DNA of 56,207 nt, taken from Octopus sinensis (taxonomy: Eukaryota). The position numbers and the translations under genes were made by a program. Numbering within the stretch: the first letter of the stretch is position 1; the number at the start of each line of letters is the position of its first letter. This document shows positions 13,540-25,555 of the stretch, piece by piece. The DNA is taken from assembly GCF_006345805.1 (NCBI RefSeq), contig NW_021833780.1, positions 1 through 56,207 on the forward strand, read 5' to 3'. The notes under the pieces were generated by a model, which saw only the letters and a list, made by a program, of their open reading frames with translations, did not search any database and was not told where the DNA came from.

Positions 13540-14056
13540 TCTATATATATAAAACTGTAGTTGTGTGAGTGTCTGTCTCCTACGATTTAGATTCCTAACT
13601 CCTCCCACATTTTGCGGTGCAGTTTAACCAAATTCGGGTATCTTATAGTCGTGATTAATATCGAGCCCGTCTGGCTATTAGCGCGCGTCTACGATGAGTC
13701 TACGATTTTAAAAATAATTTAACATCATTTTTTATTCCATTTTAATGCATAATTTTTCGTGTGTCGATGGCGGCGGAGTTGGCGTCCACGCTCAAACACC
13801 TGCACCTGTGTTTGCTTCTCCCCCTTCTTCCCTCCCTCGTGAAGCTGTGGGGAAGGGATTTTAAGGAAATCAACGTCGTAATGCGTTGTCAAGGAGACCA
13901 GCGTTCTTTTAGAACAACGACTTCATGGCTTGAAGACACCAAAACAGAAATGGCTAAGAAAGCCCGAATTGGCATCTATAAGGGAAGTAACTCTCTAAAA
14001 ATGCTTATATAGTTATTTCCCTTACAAACCCGAGCAACGCCGGGCGATACTGCTAG
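13540..14056 (+). mobile_element. Non-autonomous Helitron (517 bp)
   Basis: 5' TC (TCTATATATATAAAA), 3' CTAG, subterminal hairpin CCCG-A-GC-AAC-GC-CGGG (14029-14044), and insertion between host A and T. Confidence 0.85.
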
Positions 14057-14111
14057 TATATATATATACTGTGAGATACAAATAATATGATAATTTTTAT
14101 TTTCAAACGTA

Positions 14112-14665
14112 CAGAGTGACGGAAAAGAATCATAACCCATAAAAATTTTATTGAATCCTACAAAGGTCCAGCAAATTTCTTGAAGTTTCCTGGACTTAAA
14201 CTTAAATGTCTACGATCATTCCCTTTGCATAAGTCATGTTCTTTTCAAAATATGCTCCAAATAGCAGACGTCGCGCAAACACTTGCATACATCGCATAAA
14301 ACTGTCAATTACTCGAACACATTTCACTGTTTCTGCTGTGATTACTGCCTTCAGTTCACCAATCGTTTGAGGGTTGTTCTGGTAAACATTATCCTTGAGA
14401 TACTCCCAAAGATATAAATTTGTGGGGTGGAGTTCAAGTCCGGCGAATGCGGTGTCCACTCAATGTCACAATTCCTGTTGATCAGTCTCTCCTGAAATCG
14501 CTCTCTCAGCCAGGCTAAGGGGTCATTTGATGCGGTGCGGGGGGGGGTCATCTTGCAGGAACCACTGTCCATCTCGATCTATCCCTCTGCGTCGTTTTAT
14601 TCAAACAGTTTTATTCAAAGTTTTGTGGGTTCTATTTTTCTCTTGGTGGGGGGGGGGTCACCCTG
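14112..14665 (-). mobile_element. Internally deleted Tc1/mariner element (rosa/DD41D-like C-terminal relic)
   Basis: TA-flanked degenerate TIRs CAG(A/G)GTGAC...AACCCA(T/C)AAAA. Minus-strand fragments read WLRERFQERLI..EWTPHSPDL and YLWEYLKDNVYQNNPQTIGELK. Confidence 0.75.
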
Positions 14666-14666
14666 T

Positions 14667-14947
14667 ATAAACGCTGAGAGAACAGCTGAGATTAGATAAG
14701 ATATCTATAGAAAACGGAGAAATTTGTCAGCAACCAGCCATGAGACTCGAACTCACATCCAATGAAGCCAAACTGCCGACTGACGAATTACCAATTAAGC
14801 TAAACTGCCCACTGACAAATTAATCCTTAATCTTAGAAATTATAAAGCTAAGTGATGTGAGTTCGAGTCTCACAACTGGTTGCTGATGAATTATTTTCGC
14901 TATGCATGGATATCTTATCCAATCTCTGCTGTCCTATCAGCGTTTAT
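14667..14947. repeat. Fold-back element with ~93-bp imperfect inverted arms, each carrying a tRNA B-box
   Basis: 14667-14759 is the reverse complement of 14854-14947. Both arms contain GATGTGAGTTCGAGTCTCA. Confidence 0.8.
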
Positions 14948-15039
14948 GCGATTGGAAATAAAAATTATCATCTTATTTGTATCTCGCAGTACACATTTCA
15001 ACGCTTCTGAAACAAACTTTGGTTTGTTTATATTTATCG

Positions 15040-15079
15040 TAATAATAATAATAATAATAATATATATATAATAATAATA

Positions 15080-15117
<38 letters not shown>

Positions 15118-15139
15118 GTGTATATATATATATATATAT

Positions 15140-15184
<45 letters not shown>

Positions 15185-15185
15185 G

Positions 15186-15241
<56 letters not shown>

Positions 15242-15251
15242 GTATATATAT

Positions 15252-15283
<32 letters not shown>

Positions 15284-15420
15284 ATATATATAAATATACA
15301 TACATGCATACATATAAATATATATATATGCACAGACATAGGCAAATATATACACATATATAAATATATATGGAAATACGTACATATGTATGCATGCATG
15401 CATGCAAGCATGTATATATT
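15040..15420. repeat. Long degenerate (TA)n tract
   Basis: Seen directly. Similar tracts lie at about 20720-20950, 40905-41000, 41170-41280 and 47690-47915. Confidence 0.95.
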
Positions 15421-16384
15421 TATGTAAAGAATCGGTATTATAGCAACACGAAGAAATACCAGAATAAGAAACCAATATCGAGGCCACATCTAGTAAATAG
15501 TAGAGAACAAGACTTCGGCACCTGACATTTCGAGGCCGCAATCCGGATATAGTTTCATTTGATGTAGGTTCACTTTACACATAATCACATAAACCCTAAA
15601 CTCTAAGCAAAGATATATATATGCGTCGCAGTATCTCATTTCCCCTTCTCTTCTAGGAAATAAACTAAAGTATTTAGTAACCAATATTGTCAATTTTTTT
15701 TTTTTTTTTTTTTTGGTATTCCGCCTCGATTTTACATGAAAACCATAGTTTTCTGGTAATCTTGCTTGATATTACACTATAGGGATGTGTGGTTGACAAG
15801 TTCGCTTTCCACCCACGAGGTTTGGGGTTCAGTTCCACCATTTGTCACTTTGGGCAAGTGTCTTATCATCGACCGACCAATGTCAAAGTTCTTTGGGACT
15901 AATTTTTTGGATTCGGTTGACACGGGGTTCGCAAGATGGAAGTTTAGCTCTGCTGGCAATTTTGTTGTCGTTGTTTGATGGCTTTTAGGCATATTACGTT
16001 TCACTATTCTGCGATCTCTCTCTGTAAGCTGTGCCTACCAGCCAGATTTTTACTGGCCAGGGCTGGTTTTTTAACTAGGATTTTGGGGTATTAACATGAT
16101 TTTAAAGGCTATTCTTTACAAAACATTGAGCAGTTCAACATTTTTGTGACTTAACTTCATCTGCCTTCCAATAATTTTCCCCCTCTTCAGAAATCAGATG
16201 AATTACGCATTTTAACGTGGAGGCATATAACCTAGTGATTAGGGCAGCGGGTTCGAATCTCAGCTCCACGCGGCTCCGGCAGAAGGTAATGGCAAACTTC
16301 TATTGACTCTTTCGCCACCACTTTCTCTCACTCTTTCCTCCTGCATCTAGCAGCTAACCTAGGACGGACCAGCGTCCTGTCCAG

Positions 16385-18259
16385 CCCTGGGTGACGAAGA
16401 AGGTTAAACGAGAACTTCGACTCGGAGATATTGCTTGGGCTGAATTCAAAAATCTAGATTCGACCGCAGCTTTTGAGGTGTACAAAACTCAACGAGACCG
16501 AGCCGTGAAAATTGAAAAGGAAGAACGCTTCAGATACGAATACTGAATCGCGGCAAACGCCAGTCGCAATCCAAAAACCTTCTTTGCCCAAGTCCAACGG
16601 AATTCCCGCTTGAACAACCAAATTGCAACGTTGGTAGACTCAACAGGCGTAACGATTGAGGGCCCTTATCATCAGAGTCAGTTATTTGCCGAGGCTTTTT
16701 CAACTATTTTCAAACAAGATGATGGTCGTGAACCCCCTCCATTTGATAGATCGGTACCTCCAATGCTTAGATTGGTCATCACGCGGGACGAAGTCGAATG
16801 CGTTATTCAAGGCCTCGATGTCAACAAGGGTCACGGCCCTGACGGCATACACCCACGGGTTATCAAAACGTTGGCTCCGGTCATCTGCGAGCCTTTAACA
16901 CGTCTATTCAATATGTCATTGGCGACGGGTGTTATACCTGCGGACTGGAGAACAGCGATAATCTGCCCAATTTTCAAGAGAGGGAGCCGCGAAGATCCGC
17001 TTAACTACTGACCGGTTTCCCTTACTTCAATAATCAGCAAGATGTTCGAAACCATCCTTAAGAAAAGTATGATGTTCCACCTCCAAAACACAGCCTCTAT
17101 CTCTAATTCCCAACACGGCTTCGTGCCGAAGAGATCAAGCTTGACCAACTTACTGGTAATGGAAGAATTGGTGACGCGCATCCTCGATGATGGTGATGCT
17201 GTTGACATCGTTTTATTGGACTTTGCCAAAGCTTTTGACTCGGTTAACCACCGCCTACTACTTGTCAAGCTTCAAGCATATAGTTTCCATCCGGATATTG
17301 TACGATGGGTTGGTGCCTTCCTCTCAGATCGCTCCTTCCAAGTCCAAGTTAATGGTTCGCTGTCCGACGTCTCCAGTGCGAGCAGTGGCGTGCCTCAAGG
17401 TTCAGTGCTTACGCCCTTATTGTTCTTAGTCTTCATAAATGACTTGCCCGACGACCTTACGCAACACACCCTTCTATTTGCCGATGATGTCAAACTGGTC
17501 GCTCCTCGCGGTGATATAGAGGATCTTTGTCGATGCCCCCACCAGATTTGGAGATGGTCTAACGAATGGGACCTGTGTCTGAACGTGTCAAAGTGCTGTC
17601 ATCTGCCTGTTGGCTCTTCTCCTGCAACTCAACTTGATTTCGAGCCAGGTCGTCTGCTGCTGGAGAGGACCGACCAGGTAAAGGACCTGGGTATCTTAGT
17701 GGATTCTTTCTTTTCGCCTTCGGCCCAGTGCGTCCATGTTGCTAACAAAGCACGCGGAGTTCTGTTTTTGATTCGACGGTCATTTGGAATGCTCACAGCA
17801 GCCATATTCCTACCGCTCTATGTCACGCTGGTGAGACCCATATTGGAGTACGGGATCCAAGCCTCTTCTCCTTATCTCCTCAAAGACATACAGCATCTCG
17901 AAAGAGTCCAGAAGCTGGCTACCCGCATGGTTCTTGGTCTCAAGCATTTGTCTTATGAAGAAAGGCTGAAGATGCTCGACCTTTATTCTCTAGAAAAACG
18001 ACGACGCCGTGGTGATCTCATTCTTGCTCACAACATCATAAGCGAAAAGTGTAACCTCTCGAAAGAGCTATTCTTCACTTCTGCTCCAGAGCGTCGGCTG
18101 CGGGGTCATTCCGAAAAGCTCTACCTGCGACGATTTCATCTCAATCGAAGGAGAGGGGCTTTCTCCGTCCGAGTTGCGGATCCGTGGAATAAGCTGCCGG
18201 ACGAGATAGTGAAGATGCCGCCATGGCCTTGCTTTTTGCTTTTTGAGCCAAAAAATTAA
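16385..18259 (+). pseudogene. LINE ORF2 reverse transcriptase (CR1 clade) with two in-frame stops
   Basis: GPDGIHPRV, QHGF, DFAKAFDSV, SGVPQGSVL, LFADDVKL and YEERL..SLEKRRRRGDLI motifs, all in one frame with TGA at 16544 and 17009. Confidence 0.92.
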
Positions 18260-18273
18260 CCAACTAACTAACT
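16385..18273 (+). mobile_element. 5'-truncated CR1-type LINE inserted into a SINE
   Basis: Reverse-transcriptase ORF with a 3' (AACT)n tail. Flanks 16217-16384 and 18274-18335 join into one SINE matching the uninterrupted copy at 48965-49140 (minus). Confidence 0.88.
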
Positions 18274-18603
18274 ATACGCCAATGAAACAGAGAAACCAGC
18301 CCTTTTGAATCAGGCATGGCTCGAGAAGGAACAGGCATAGAAAGCAACGCTTTTAACACATTTAAATATCTACAAAAATGATTTAAAAGAAAACAGAGAG
18401 CTTTATCATAAAGTACAAGGCATGCATAATGCATATGAACACAAGTATACGGACTAGAATAGTTCTGAATTTGTCATAACGCCAATAGAAAAAAGTAGTT
18501 AAATAAAAGGTGATGTTTCCATTAATTTCTCCGCACCCTATGTGTATGTATACGTGTGTTAGTTGATATATGTATGCATACATGTATATATGTATACATA
18601 TAG

Positions 18604-18650
<47 letters not shown>

Positions 18651-19623
18651 TATATATATATTTATATGCATATGTATCTATACCGTTTGCCATGACATGG
18701 CGTTTCCCTTTGATACCATCAATCAAAACGTATGATATTCTGATTACAGAATATCAGACCGTTTGATTGATCGAGTTAATTTGAAACTTATAGTAATGGC
18801 AAAAGGCATCAGCCTAATGAACATAATTATACTCTATACGGCATATTGAGTACTTTCCTCTTGTATGTTATGATCAACAAGCATACGCCTATACATTTAT
18901 ATATATATATATGTGTATATGTATGTGTGCGAAGGCGTTGATGTGTGTTTTAAAACCGTTTACTTGTATTACGGTCTGATTTTAGTTTCAACCCATCATT
19001 GCCCTTACACGCATTTCTTCCCTTTGCCCTCTCTCGCAATTTCTTCTTTCTCATTCTATTAAAGATAATTTACCATGAATCTCTATCAGTCACCCTTCCA
19101 GAACACCCCACCTCTAATCCCCTTCACCCTACTCCCGACTATACTATCCATATCGGCGCCATAATTCTCCAGCTTCTTTATGTTTCCATACAAGATGACA
19201 TTTACCAACGTTTGACTAATTACTTTTCCTTTTCCCACTACCCACACACCTTTAAACTGCCACCTCTTTCACTCACTTTCTCCTCATACTTTTACCCCTA
19301 CCACCTCGAGTATAAATCCATTTATTGCTTTATAAACAAAATTGAGAATGGCACAACTAATTTACATACTTAACAAAGTTGACGACCCGATATTAATTTC
19401 TGGTGTATCATTACAGTGTGGGTTTTCAATTAATATGTCTGCAGAGTCATATCTATCTATGTCTTTACGGATTTAAGTCTTCACACTTTTGAACAGAGCA
19501 TTACGATAAAGTCGTAATGACAAACAAAACTGGTTGGTTCAAATCTCATTCATAGCCTTCTAAAAATAGCTTCGGATCTAATCACGTGATCTAATTGTAC
19601 TTGTAAACTATAAATATATATAT

Positions 19624-19787
19624 GTCCTCCCGTCTCGGGATCTTTCCTTCTCCTATGTTTCCGACGAAGAGCTCCGCTCGAAACGTCAAACCCTCCTTCT
19701 TCCCTTCTTTCCTGAGCGTCCAATAATACTTTATTTGTTCCACATCCTTGCGTTGTTGTCTTTTTGTTTTCTTGTTTGGATTAACTT
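19624..19787 (+). mobile_element. Short hammerhead-bearing repeat (family B), Penelope terminal-repeat-like
   Basis: Homologous copies lie at about 36270-36445 and 54293-54495, all embedded in (TA)n. Confidence 0.7.
19657..19691 (+). ncRNA. Minimal hammerhead-like motif with variant core CCGACGA and a GUC site
   Basis: GUUU-CCGACGA-A-GAGC(UCC)GCUC-GAAA-CG-UC-AAAC. Confidence 0.6.
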
Positions 19788-19806
19788 TATATATATATAT
19801 ATATAT

Positions 19807-20158
19807 ACACCAACCCTATACATACACACATCCAGACCCCTCCCACGCACTTTTAGCTGGTCCCTCAACCCTTTTATCAACCCTATTATCTCCCCTTATT
19901 TCGCTCTCGCGTCTCATGTTTGATCTTTGACCTCTGGCCGAAATCAGATCGCCATGTTGATTCGTTAGCTACTGCACGCATTTTTTTTCTCTCCTTCTTT
20001 CTGTGTTTTTCTCTCTCTGTGTATCTTTCTGTTGAAGAGCGTAGGCTCGAAACGTTAAAGACTTGTTTTATTTATATTTCCTGAGCGCCATACTAATACA
20101 ATTGTTCGTTTGTTTTCCACCTGCCTTCGTCTTTTGTTTATTTTCATAAAGCTTCCCG

Positions 20159-20162
<4 letters not shown>
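19807..20162 (+). mobile_element. Penelope-like family A 3' end with hammerhead-like motif at 20024-20061
   Basis: Near-identical reverse complement of 6063-6410. Confidence 0.8.
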
Positions 20163-20211
<49 letters not shown>

Positions 20212-20400
20212 TATATATATACATACATATATATATACATACATATAGATACATACATATAGATACATACATATATATACACATACATATATTTATATAT
20301 ATATATAAAATAATAAGGGTAGAAATTGATATTAATCAATTAAAACCAGTAGCTTCGCATATTTAAAAAGTCTGAAGATTAAAAAGTGTGTTACATACAC

Positions 20401-20718
20401 AATTAAGAGGAATGACCACTAAAATGGACACCTAATATGCTAAACATAGACGTCAAATCGCTATTACCACGAAGAGTGTGTTCTCAAGAAAAATCTCAGC
20501 AAAACGCCAAAATGTACAAATGAGCAAGACAAATGAAGATATACGAAATAAAATACGATTACCTGAGTATCGTGGTTTCACTTGTTAATATCTAGGTATG
20601 CAAACACGCAAGATCGTCAGCGTAGTCTGTCGTTGATACACACTCTTCGTGGTAATGACGATTTGACGTTTACGTTTACCATATTAGGTGTCCACTTTAG
20701 TGGTCATTCCTCTTAATT
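20401..20718. repeat. Inverted repeat (~86-bp arms) enclosing a degenerate hammerhead core
   Basis: 20401-20487 pairs with 20633-20718. The minus strand reads CUGACGA..CUUG..CAAG..GAAAC at 20563-20627. Confidence 0.75.
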
Positions 20719-20719
20719 T

Positions 20720-20773
<54 letters not shown>

Positions 20774-20838
20774 TAAATATAATATATATATATATATATA
20801 TATGTATACATATATATGTATGTATACATATATATATG

Positions 20839-20870
<32 letters not shown>

Positions 20871-20910
20871 GGTATATATATGTATATGTATATATATGTA
20901 TATATATATG

Positions 20911-20992
<82 letters not shown>

Positions 20993-21382
20993 AAGAGACG
21001 TAGATAGATAGATAGTTAGACAGACAGACATAAGGATTCGGTAGAACCTCGGCACATCAACATCCAGGAAGCCAGAAATGGTTAGGTGCTGTAACATACA
21101 GTTCACAGTGAGGTAAGCAACAATGTAGGTATCAAGTGTTGGAAGGATACTGTAGATATGTAAGTATCAAATCCAGCTTAAATCGTAGAACTGACTAAAG
21201 GGTTGGTTTCAGATGCGGAATAGGAATAAAATCAGGATACTAATGGCGTTGAAATTTAACGACAGCTATTTCGATCCAATTTTATTGATGCATTCATAGA
21301 TTTACATTACAACAGCGATCTAGTTCGTGTCTCGGTTGGACCTCCAATAGGCGCAGACTATATATATATATTATATATATTA

Positions 21383-21416
<34 letters not shown>

Positions 21417-21704
21417 TAGGAGAAAGGTAAGTCGATTGCATCTGGTACTTATATTATCAACCCCAAAAGGATCCTGCGCCAACTCTCCGCTTTAGCCATT
21501 TAGCATTCAAATTGGCCATATCCGACTCAAATATTCATCCTGGCTTATGTGCAGACTGACACGATCAGACCTATCACACGTACCCTGCAGCATCATTCTA
21601 AAATTAAACAATCACATCATCAAAATCTCAAAGCTGCAAGATTATGTAGGATAAAATCAAAACAATGTGAATAAGTAAGCAATGTATATGACACAATAAA
21701 CAAG

Positions 21705-22110
21705 AAATATTCTTTTCTCCTCTAGGCACAAGGCCAGAAATTTTGGGGGAGGAATCCAGTCGATTATATCGAACCTAGTATGCAAATGGTACCTAATTTA
21801 CCGACCCCGAAAGGATTAAAGGCAAAGTCGACCTCGGCGGGATTTGAACTCAGAACGTAAAGACAGACGAAATACCTACTTCTTTACTACCCACAAGGAG
21901 CTAAACACAGATGAGACAAACAAGGACAGACAGATGGATTAAGTCGATTAGATCGACGCCAGTGCGTAACTGCTACTTAATTTATCGACCCCGAAAGGAT
22001 GAAAGGCAAAGTCGAACTCGGCGGAATTTGAACTTAGAACGTAACGGCAGACGAAATACTGCTAAGCTTTTCGCCCAGCGTGCTAATGTTTCTGCCAGCT
22101 CGTCGCCTTA
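21705..22110 (-). mobile_element. SINE family 1, tandem dimer
   Basis: Two successive family-1 cores behind the head AAGGCGACGAGCTGGCAGAAAC. Confidence 0.85.
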
Positions 22111-23060
22111 GAAACAGTGACGATATCGTATGGAAATGGAAGCTTAGCCATCCAAATCTCCTAAACTGCATTAGGTTTGCAAAGTATGGTTTTTGGTTCC
22201 ATTGCAGGAAGTAAAAATTCTAAGTACACTAGAATGAAACACGTATGAGAAAACTTGTAACTGAAAATTCCCTTCTGGGTTCTGTTTCTTTTTCTTTTTT
22301 TTTTTTTTTTTGCTTTGAATAGATACATGCAAAACGAAGAGTATTAATAAACACCAGAAATATTCAATATAGTGGATTTTTAAAAGATATTTCTTTGGAT
22401 ATTCTAAAGAAATGAGGGCCAGCACTGATTTACTGCGATGTCTCGAATCCGAATACGTCTAACGTAAACAATGCAATCGAAGATGGAAAAACATGGCAAT
22501 AGGTGTATATACATATTTCAGGAGTCGTTACTCTTTCTTCAGTGCTACATCCAACACATTAACTATCCACGTTGATGGTTAGTGATCATAGCATTTCTCA
22601 CTGAATGTTGGCTCCAAAATGGTGTCGACCCTAGGCTTTAGTAGAAGACACTTACCCATGATAACATGCAATAGGACTGAACCCTGAACCATATGATTGG
22701 GAAGAAGGCTTCTTACTACACAGCCACGCCTGCATCTACAAATAACAATGGTAAGGATTGAAATGAATATTGGGGGCCGGGAAGAGCGAACGAATTAATG
22801 TGACAGACCAATAGGTTAGAATGGTTTGTTTGAATAGTTTCTACTCCGGCTCACCTAAAACACTTCCCCACCCTAAGTGACACTTTCATTTTTTTTTACA
22901 ACTCTCTCCACCCCTTCCCCTTCTCTCCTCCACCTCCTCATATTCTTTTGCCTCCTCCTTCTCTTCCTCCTCCTTTTTATTTTTCCTTACATTTCATCCA
23001 CTTCTTCCTCACTTCATTTACTATCGCTCTTCTTTCCTTGACTGAAAAACATTTTGGAGG

Positions 23061-23460
23061 ATGTGTGCGCGCATGTGTGTGTGTGCGCGTCTCTGTGTGT
23101 GCGCGTGTCTGCGTGTGTGTACGGCGCGCACGTGTGCGTGTGTGTGCGTGCGTATGTGTGTGCATGTGTATGTAAGCGTGCGCGCGTGCGTTCGTATGAG
23201 TGTGTACGTGCGTATATGTATGCGTGCGCGAGTGTGAGTGCGTGCGTATATGCGTGTGTGTACGTGTGTGCGCGCGTTATATGTGTGTATGTGTACGCGC
23301 GTGCGTCCGTACGTGTGCGTGTGTGTCTGTGTGCGTGTGTATGTGTGCGCGCGTGCCTGCGTATGTGCGTGTATGTGTGCGTGCATACGTGTATGTCTAT
23401 GCATGCCTGCGTGTGTATGCGCATGTGTGCGTGTGAGCGTGCGAGCGTATGTGTAAATGT
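23061..23460. repeat. ~400-bp alternating purine-pyrimidine (GT/GC/AT) tract
   Basis: Seen directly. Confidence 0.9.
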
Positions 23461-23615
23461 ATTCGCTCGGAAAAATAACCACAACAGGAAAACCCACTAC
23501 AGCTACAACAACAACAACAACAATCACAACAACTCCAGCTACAACAACAACAATGAAGAGAGGAAGACGTGCTGTTTTATCTATTCCTTTATTATTTCTC
23601 TTTTGTTTGTTTTTG

Positions 23616-23646
<31 letters not shown>

Positions 23647-23759
23647 GTTTATCTTTCACACCCAACTGAAAAGTAAAATAAGATTTTTATTTATAAATAC
23701 TTTATTTTTAAGAGACTTATCATATTGCAGCTAGGGAAAACTACCGACAGAGGGCGCTG

Positions 23760-24255
23760 TTGGTGGTGTTGGTGGTGGTGGTGATGGTGATGGGGGTAGT
23801 GATGGTGGGGGATATTCTTCATCATGGTGGTGGTGGTGGCGACGATAATGGCAATGGTAGTGTTGGTAGTGTTCTTGTTGGTGGTGGTGGTAGTGTTGTT
23901 TTTGGTGGTGGTGGTGGTAGTGGCGGCGGCGGCGGTGGTAGTGGTGATGGCGGTGGACGTGGTGGTGGTGGTAGTGGTAATGGCGGTGGTGGTGGGGGAT
24001 AGTCTTCATTATGGTGGTGGTGCTGGTGGTGGTAGTGGTGGTGGTGGCGATGATAATGGTAATGGTGGTGGTGGTCATCGTCGCCGTTGTGATGGTGGCA
24101 ACCTTCGTCATAGTGGTGGTGATGTTAGCGATGGTGAAGGCGGTGGTGATAATGGTGATAGTGCTCATGAAGGTGGTGGTGGTGGTGGTGGTGGTGGTGG
24201 AGTGGTCGGGGGGTGATGGAGATGTTGGTAGTGGTTGTGATGGTGGTTGTGGTGA
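23760..24255. repeat. Degenerate (GGT)n tract
   Basis: Seen directly. Confidence 0.9.
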
Positions 24256-24383
24256 AAGACGGCGTAGTGATTATGATGATACAGCTGTATCTGATTCACC
24301 CTCGGCCATTCCCTATCCAGTAAGATCTATGATCAAAGACATTCCTATTGCGAGCATCTCACCTCTTAATACATCCAGAGACT

Positions 24384-24600
24384 AAGGCGGTGAGCTGGCA
24401 GAAACGTTAGCACAACGGGCGATATGCTTACCAGTATTTCGTCTGTCTATACGTTCTGGGTTCGAATTCTGCCGAGGTTGACTTTGCCTTTCATCCTTTC
24501 GGGGTCGATAAATTAAGTACCAGTTGCATACTGAGGTCGATCTAATCGACTGTCCCGCTCCCCTAAAATTTCGGGCGTTGTGCCTAGAATAGAAAAGAAT
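24384..24600 (+). mobile_element. SINE family 1, full-length monomer
   Basis: Family-1 head, B-box GGTTCGAATTC and family core. Confidence 0.85.
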
Positions 24601-24786
24601 ATATCAAGAGACTGCATAGTACAACGTGTCCTTCCATTTGTTATACGATAGAAAGTGATTTGAGAGCGATTGTGATGCTATTTCTGGTGTTTTCCTCCGC
24701 ACAGTCCACCAAGTCCAGTCCTCACATACATAGATAAGAAGACAAGACCTTGCTAACCGAAGGTTTGAAAGCCGTCGGCTACTCAC

Positions 24787-24930
24787 CGTGGATTAGCCGG
24801 CTTGTGGAAGCTGTTATCCGAGATGTGGCCACTGGCGTACGCTGACAGCTCAAAGGAACCCTAGGTGAGAGCAGGCTATCAGGTGAGGACCAAAGCAGAC
24901 GGACTACTCCGAAAAGTACCACATGTTTTC
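24787..24930 (-). other. Candidate 144-nt internal exon (unassigned)
   Basis: Acceptor catttcctctcacag and donor CACG|gtgagt. The length is divisible by 3 and one frame is open (phase 1-1). No recognisable homology. Confidence 0.3.
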
Positions 24931-25229
24931 CTGTGAGAGGAAATGTTCCAATCAGACACCCCATGCACACTGTTATTTCTAGCAAGTTGCGCAACCACGT
25001 TGGGACTCCCTCGTTGGCTTGTTGCTTTACGTATGCTTTTTATTGTTTAACTCCTGCAGCTGACTCATGATTAAGCATCCAAAACGTTCCAGCCGTGACC
25101 ATCTCAGTAATCCAATAATACTACCTTCCGTAATGCTACCTTCTTTGACAGTAAGATGTGATTTCAGGAAAATTTGGCTATTCTTTCTAGTAGATCAAGC
25201 AACCACACAGAGTGATATTTCACCATATG

Positions 25230-25555
25230 CTGAGACCCCCTTAGGTCATGGTTGACCATGGTACTGCACCTTGAAAGTTACCCTCCCAGGCACAAATCCG
25301 GGCAAGGTTGTTTATGGAAGTCCAACAGTCGCCCGTGCATACTAGCCTTCCCTCTCTGCCACCGACGTTATCCAAGAGAAAGGCAAAAGCCGATACAGCT
25401 TGACACCTGTGACGTCGCAACTCATTTCTACAGCTGAGTGAACTGGAGTAACGCGAAATAAAGTGTCTTACTCAAGAACACAACACGTAGCTCGGTCCAG
25501 GATTCGAACTCACAACCTCACGATCGTAAGCTCGACGCTCTAACCACTGAGCCAT
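25230..25555 (-). mobile_element. tRNA-derived SINE family 3
   Basis: Head TGGCTCAGTGGTTAGAGCGTCGAGCTTACGATCGTGAGGTTGTGAGTTCGAATCC with A and B boxes. Copies lie at 37032-37368 (+) and 47347-47678 (-). Confidence 0.85.

Noticed and set aside
23014-24385. Long CV-, HT-, Gly- and Val-rich ORFs
   Set aside because: Dinucleotide and (GGT)n repeat translations, open in several frames on both strands.
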